DNA of 64,000 nucleotides from Adineta vaga (Eukaryota; Animalia; Rotifera): NCBI GenBank assembly GCA_021613535.1, contig CP075495.1, positions 11,656,001 to 11,720,000 of the forward strand, read 5' to 3'. Shown piece by piece: positions 56,611 to 64,000 of this stretch (position 1 is its first letter; each line of letters starts with the position of its first letter). The notes under the pieces were generated by a model. It saw only the letters and a program-made list of their open reading frames with translations, ran no database searches and was not told where the DNA came from. The position numbers and the translations under genes were made by a program.

Positions 56611-59600
56611 TCAAGGTGTAAATGTAAGATTTGGTAATCCAAAAATGATAGTATTGAGTTGTTGAAGTTGCAAGGCTGGGCGTTTAGGTTCTTCTTTTTG
56701 TTCGATAGATGATAATGCTTCTGAAGTAGTCTCTGTTGAATGTCCTATTGATGATTTTTTATTAGTACTGGTATCTTTAGTTGGTGATGAATGTTGTTTG
56801 CCTTTAGGTGATGGTGATCGTGTCTTTTTATTTGTTGAAGTATTTCCTTTGGTTTTTCCATCTTTCGATGCTGCTGCTGCTATCGTTGGATCGATTTCTA
56901 CAGGGCGAAAATATGGATAAACATGTAGACGCAATGCTTGACTTAGTGAACAATGAAATGTAGCAGAATCTAAATAAATGAGATTAGAAATGAAAAAGAA
57001 AACAAACATTAGAAAAATCATTACCAATGAACGTATTAGTTAATACAGTTTCATTTTCGTTCATAGTTGATTTCCATTGATTGAGTATAATAGATTTAAC
57101 ACCACCTGAACTCCATAAAAGAGCAATTTCAGTCGAACGATCCAATTGAATCGAATCATATTCATTCATTAATCTACAATTATTAGATTTCAATATTCAA
57201 TACTGAGAAATTTTTAGTTTTACTTACGCAGGAGGTGCATTATTAACATAGCATGTCGAAGTTCGATCAAAGGAACATAAAATTGTACAACCTATAAGTG
57301 AAATAAATTCCATTTATTCGATGTACTTCGAATTTAATTACCATTTTTAGATAATGTTGGGCATTTATAAGGTGCAACTAATTCACTGAGAGTATGTGCA
57401 CCATAGTAGACAACACCTTGAGCATCAGTAATAATACGTTCAAGTTCAACAGTACTAAAGAAAAGAGAATTCTCAATATCTTTATGTTAGAATATAAAAG
57501 ATGGGTAGAGCGATAAAGACATAATACGAGGAAGTAACCGAGAGATTGACAGGGGAAAGAAGGCTGTGAATCTAAACTTACGCCCAGTCTGAAGAAGCAA
57601 AATATGTATTCATTTGTGATCTGAAAATATTGGCTAAATTTGTTTAGAAATATTCAAGACTATGATGAATGAATAATTAGCACACATCTTAGATAATAAT
57701 ATTCGAATTCTATACTTACTTAATTGTTGCACCTTCTTGTTTAACTGTTTTCCATTTTGAAACAACTTGAGGAAAGCGTTGTCGAAGTACATCAAATGGT
57801 GTAGTTGTTTTTGTATCTAAAATTTAAAAGTTTTTTCTATAGTATTAATTTATGATTTGGTACCTGTTGTTGATTTAAGTAAAATTGGTTCCATTAAATA
57901 ATACGTATTTGATGAATCGATCACTTGTATTTCACTTGTTACTTCAACACCCTTCAAAATACATTTATGTGTTATATTCAACGGGGAGAAAGATATTTAC
58001 TTCTTTAGCACCAGCTTTTTTGCCTTTACCATCTACAACGAAAAGAAATGAATATAGTAAGTATTTTGTCTACGTATATTACGTAATAAAAGGTAATTAG
58101 CTGACATACACATGTATATCTGAATGAAGTATTTCTCTTGTTAATACAAGATAGATAAGTATCCTCAAAAACATCATTATAATATAGAATTATCCTTACC
58201 ATCAGTAGAAGTAGTACTTTCATCAATACCAAGATTTGCATTCAAACGATTGTATACCGATTGAATAGAGAAATCTCGTGAAATACCACCGATTTGAACA
58301 TGTTGAAAGATATCTAATGATTCGAGTGGTAAGTGTGCAAGACGTGGATCGATAAGAAGAATAAGATGATCAGTACTGAGTGTTGTTCGAGGTTCAAATT
58401 GTTTTTCCATACTAAATTTTCCATGCAGTTCAATAAAAAACTAGATAAAAATGATCTTATAGTTTTCTTACTCTAAATAATTTGAAAGTAATGGTTTTAT
58501 TGGAGCAAAATATTCATTTAATTCCACGAGAAGTTCATTCGTAAAACGTTGTTTTAATACATTGATTGAACTAATATCAACTGGATCAGGCTACAACAAG
58601 AACAAAAAAAAAGAAGAATTCTATGAATTAGATATGTTAAAATATTAATTGAAAAGTGACATTATGAAGGAGTGTCCCCAGTGATATTGCAAGATATGCG
58701 ATATAATAACAGACAAAGAGATATTCACTATTTTTGGAAATTCTTTACGATATTTCCAAAATATGAACAGAAATTGAGATGATTGAAAAGTAAATAACCT
58801 GTGTTTCATTTTTTGATGAAATATTTTCGGGATTGGATAATAAAGCTTTTTTAACCTGAAATAAAATTTATGATTGTAAAAAAAAAGAATGTTTTTCTTT
58901 CATTGATGTATATTATATTTTGTTATAAAATTAGTATGTAATGAACTAACTTGTTCAGAATTAAGCATAGCTTGTTTATCTCGACTACGTTGAAGTTTAA
59001 GTTCATATTGTTGTAATAATTGAGTATATTCTTGTTTCCATTGATCGAATTTATTGATTAGAAGATTTAATTTTCTTTTATCAACATTGATTTTTATTAT
59101 TTGTGGATTGGCAAAGCCAGTTGTCGGTCCTAAATTATATACATGACATTCATGTTAATTCTATAAAATGAAATTCGTACCTTTCGATTTACCACCACCT
59201 GTTGTTGTTGTTCCTTTTCCACTCAATGTTTTACTATTGAATAATGCAGCATACAGTACTTCTCTAAACAGTCCAGTAGTGAAGATATTTGAAAAATCTG
59301 TATGATGAAGAAACAAACCCATTTGTTGAATAGTGTAAAACAAGAAAATTGAATAATGATGGCATTTCTTTGGTTAATTCATAATATTGTGAACGAATTG
59401 TCATATATTTCCATGCCTATATATCGACAAGGTTCTGATTACGAAATTATCTGAATTATTAAATAGTTTATCTCTAATTGATTCTCTATTTCATAATTGA
59501 TAATTCTACTAGACTTTAAATCAGTATATATTTATCTATCACGCAAATGGCATTACTTATTTCAAACCCGACTGAGTATATGCATGCAATTAAGAAGATA

Positions 59601-62600
59601 TATTATAAATAATTGCATTTTTTCATTCATGAAATTTATACTTCAACTATTTTAACATATCATACCCAATAGGTTCTTAATCGTTCCATCACTGCTCGAT
59701 ATGCAATACTATTATTTGCATTTGATACAGTTTCATCTCGTTTAATACGATTCATTAATATAAATAACGAAGCAAGTTCAGAATCACTTGGCACATAACA
59801 AGCTCGTTTCAAGACATTCTTCGTATAAATCGATGCATTTGCATTCTAATTCAAAAAGAAAATTAAAATTAAAATTAAAGTAATCAAAGAAATTCAATTC
59901 ATACTTGACTCAATGTTAGATATATAATACTAGTAACTGGATCAAATTGACCAATTGTATCACATAGTAAAAGACTAATATCACGTATAAGAATTTTATC
60001 TTGAATAATTAAAGCAATATTCAATGCTTGTAAAGCAATTTCTGTTGATTGAGCAAGATACGATAAAGAATGATTTAAATCCATCTAAAACAACGTTTTA
60101 CCCATTGAAATCATTTATGAATACATTAGAAAGATCAAAGACCTTATCACGAGTAAATTCATTGAATAATTCTTCAGGTATCCATTCATTTTCAATTGGA
60201 TTTGTCGTTTGATTACTACTATTACCAGTACGTGATCCAACACGTTTTGCTCCGCCTTTCTCCGATGCAAGTTCATGAAATTTAGCTAGAACATCCTATG
60301 AAGAAAATGTTAGTATTTGTTTTCCGTTAATCGTTAAACATATCAACAAGAAAAACAAACTTTAATTCGACTGTTCCATTCAAGTGGATAATCTGTTCCA
60401 ACATTATGACCGAGAATTGAATAGACTTGAGCCAAATAAAATAAGATCTATTTTCAAAAGGAGAGATGAGAGAATAAAAAGTGAATGTTCACACTGACTT
60501 TCGCTTTTGTTAATTTATCATTGGTACCAATAATTTCCAGAACTGTCATTAATGTTGAGATTAATTTTTCTGGTAACGTTCTAAATAGTATCCAACTTTA
60601 GTAATATGAGATACAAAATACCCGATGAACTACATGTTATTTACTGAAGAAATAGAATTTCGAGTATTACATCCTCATCCTAACAAGATTTTATCTATTT
60701 GCATTACTTGTTCTAAATACTTGAATGAAAACTCAGTTCACCGATGCGGGCTAGTCGTCTTATCTATGAAAAAAAAAGTGTTCATGGAAAAAACCTCTCA
60801 ATATAATGAACTCTTTTCTCTATCTTGCATCATATGATAATCAATTTATTAAAATAATTCAATAAATTTATTTTCATATTACTTTGTTATCACTTCCCAT
60901 TGACTACTAACTGAATCTTCGCCAGTATTTTCTTCTTGTTTTTCTTCTCTACCAACGAAATCTTGTACAGCCTAGATTAAATATACATAAATAAAGTTTT
61001 CTTCCATTTTTATTCCTACCAAATATGTTGCATGTGTTGTTTTTCGTCGTAAACGATCTTTAAACATTTCATTCGCATAGATTTTTAATAAATCAAGTAA
61101 TATTGTAATGTTTTCGAGTTGTACACGAACAAATTGTCGTTGAATAGGTAATTGTATTGTGATTAACTAAAAATACAAATTGAAATAAAAGAAGCAAAAC
61201 AATTTCATGTCTTACATCATTATGCGATGTAATTTGTCGAACTAAATGCCATCGTTCAGCGAGTATTTCAGTTAGATGTTCAAGCATATTGAGTGCACGA
61301 TATAAGTATTTCTTCTGTTCATTTTCATCAGTTGTATCACGAGCAAAACGTTTCCAAATGGGGATTGATTTCGTAAGAATTATTTCACAAGCTTCATTAT
61401 ATCGATCAAGATTGAGCATATTAGTAAATGACATATCATATTGTTGTAAAATATCATATAAACGATAGAATACAGATTTATTTTCTATTGTATTTACTGT
61501 TGGTTGTGATAAGATTTCAGTCATATCAACATCGATTCGTCTTTATAAAAAAAGTAGATATCGTTAGATTGAATTATGAGGTTTCTAAAGAAATGTCTTC
61601 GATCAAGAATATCGACTCATAAAGATTGATTTCTCGTAGGGAAACACTTTTTTTTGTATAGAATAGTATAATATGAATAACTTTACTTTGCTGTCAGAAG
61701 TGAAGCTGTATAAGCAATTGATACAATTTTGTTGATATGTAGTTGTACAATAGATTCTAATCGTTTAATGGATGTTTCGAGTAAAGCTCGAATCTTTAAA
61801 TAAAGAAGAAAATTGATATTTTCTTTTCGAAATTTCATTCTCTCAATCTACTTTTTTCTGTTTGTATGCATCTTGATTTGGATCTTGTCGTAAAGCTTCA
61901 ATAATAGTAATAACAGATCGATACCATTCATATTCATCAATTGGAACTTGCTATAAGAAATAAAAACAAAATTTTTCTCTCTCTTCTATGTCATCTAAAT
62001 AAAATTTTACTTGTCCTTGTATAGCAAAATCAATAGCTTGATCAAACCGATGTTCATGCAATGCAATTTCACTCAAAAGAATGAAAGAACGTTTCTCACA
62101 AACTTGATCATCATAAATCTAAATTAATAAGAAAGAAAAACAGACTTTTACTCAAAAGAATAAAAATCATTGATCTACTTTTGCTTGATTGAGAATTTCT
62201 TGTAACATTTCTTTTGCTTCTTGAATAAAATTTAACTCAAATAATAAATTAGCAGTTTGTAACCAAATATTTCTTGCTATCAATTTATTTAATATTTGAC
62301 GATCACCCGGTAAATCAGCGACTAAAGATTTCGCATCACTCGCCTATTTAAATTTAATTAAAACAAAATTGATTTTACAAATGAATTATCATACTTTATA
62401 TCGCGATACAGACGATGAATATGCTGATGTTCCAAACGATCGTGTTTCACTTTTAAATCCAGCACTACCTAACGCTGATTTTAATAGTGCTTCGTCTTCA
62501 CGTTGTTGAACAAGTAAATTTGTATAAATAATCATTTCAGTTCGAGATCTATTACAAATATTTATTTAATGAAAGCAATCATGAAAATATCTTACATAGA

Positions 62601-64000
62601 TAGATCATCATCTCGAATCGTAAATGGACGTGCTAATTGACATACAGTTTGCATAGGTTCAAGAAGATTAAGTTCTTGACAAACTTGTTGAATTCTAAAT
62701 AGAAAATATAAGAGTTTTCACACTAAAAACTGATTGTAGATATGAATGGATTGTTTACCGTAGTAGAACATAAGTGCGCATGGATGAATTTGGTAAAATA
62801 ACTTGACTGATCAATCGCATAAAGCTAAGTACAGGTAAACTTAAATGATTGTAACCATATTCACGCAGAAGACGAACCAATATATCCAAATAATAAAAAG
62901 ATAAAAGCTAAAATAGAACAAAAAATTTGTAAATATTTCATTTCATTTCGAAATGAGAATAGTTACTTACCGGTTTAGAAATTGTAGTTTTATTAAAACC
63001 TCGTTGATTTGATTGTGGTAATGTATATGTATGTAAAACTTCGTCAGATGGTACAAAAAGTGCCCATTCAGATGAACTTCGAGTTGTAGGTATATCGGGC
63101 AGAGTAGTCTTGGTATTCTTTAAATATGAACAGAAAAGATTCATTAGTTTTACCGTTTGGTAATTACATATAACTACTCACTGTCGGTGGTTTATCCACA
63201 CTTTTTCCAGTTGGTAACGGTGGTTGTTTCTTTTTCACTTCTGAAGCCGGTGGTGCTCCTTTTTGCTGTTGTTTTTTTCCTGCATCATCTGCAGTTGCCA
63301 AGGCTTCAGCAGCGGCTGCTTCTGCTTCTACATCTTTTGTAATATTATTACTATCTGATAAACCACACTAGAAATACAATCTATTTCTGCAACAAAATCT
63401 TTTGCTTTCTATTTTCACATTTTACCTGCCATAATCGAGTAAGAAGCCAATAAGCTTGTTGTAATAATGTTTGATATTCTGGTTGATTTCTACGAGTCAT
63501 ATAAGCAAGCAATATATGACAACGACAGAGATATTCAAGACGACGAATTTGAACGATATCACCAATAGATAAATCAGGTTGGATACGATCAGGAGCTAGA
63601 AAAAAAAGAGAACATCGTTTTCGCTTCGTTCAAATCATTCAAATTTGTCTTACGCGCAGGTTTTATTGATCCTGAATGAGGTTGATCAAACTCATCATCG
63701 TCATCTCTCTTTTGTGTTGTTCCATCTGAAGAATTAACTTGACCTAAATGTATAATTAATATAAATCTGTCGATCGATGGAATCAAATATTCACGTACTA
63801 TCAGTATCTTGTCCACTATTTGAAGTTTTATCGTCTTGTTTATATGCTTCTGGTGAAGTTAATAATAGATCAATTGTCCAATTAATTAAATCAATGACAT
63901 TATCAATAAAATATTCATTACTATATAACCAACTTGCAAATTCTAATATATAATCAATCTTTGTCCAATAATTATCTAAGCTCTATAAAAATCAAGAAGT
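56611..64000 (-). CDS. CFAP46: Cilia- and flagella-associated protein 46 (TTC40), 3' portion; the 5' end lies beyond the window
   Basis: Many short exons giving WQKIDYIIEFASWLYSNEY, LLSFYYLDILVRLLREYGYNHLSLPVL, LILLIDPRLAHLPLESL...ISRDFSIQ, LLWSSGGVKSIILNQW and terminal NTIIFGLPNL. These match my recollection of CFAP46. Stop at 56611-56613. Confidence 0.85.

Noticed and set aside
57582-57588. Candidate 7-nt micro-exon (ttcttcag|actgggc|gtaagt, minus strand) inside a 264-nt CFAP46 intron
   Set aside because: The flanking exons already join in frame (att aa|t act gtt); inclusion would cause an immediate stop, so it is not required and is unsupported without RNA data.

Overview
AT-rich eukaryotic (animal) genomic DNA with compact genes broken by many short (~50-65 nt) GT-AG introns. 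Gene content and style point to a bdelloid rotifer; this is an inference from short introns, a receiver-like/ADP-ribosyltransferase/TPR gene and a bacterial-type gene carrying introns. By manual splicing I can support 17 protein-coding genes: SLC17/sialin-like transporter, PP2A scaffold subunit A, HGH1, a prokaryote-type AAA+ ATPase with two introns, a Zasp/Enigma-type PDZ-LIM protein, an unknown Ser/Thr-rich protein, two tandem aquaglyceroporins, a calmodulin-like protein, an orphan single-pass membrane protein, a GPI-type ephrin, mitochondrial seryl-tRNA synthetase, two unknown proteins, a class A peptide GPCR, an intronless myristoylated pseudo-ART/TPR protein and an FLRFamide neuropeptide precursor. 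The 3' part of CFAP46 runs off the right edge. There is a ~10 kb gene-free block (25.8-36.0 kb) and a repeat-like first kilobase. No rRNA, tRNA, CRISPR or intact transposase was seen. The best leads are the candidate domesticated horizontally acquired AAA+ ATPase, the catalytically degenerate ART-TPR protein, the divergent aquaglyceroporin pair (NPA/NPV filter in one, a frameshift in the other), the FLRFamide precursor near an orphan peptide GPCR, and a possible trans-spliced operon-like run. Two frameshifts (PP2A-A, aquaporin) may be assembly errors. Nothing here can be declared a new system without database searches.
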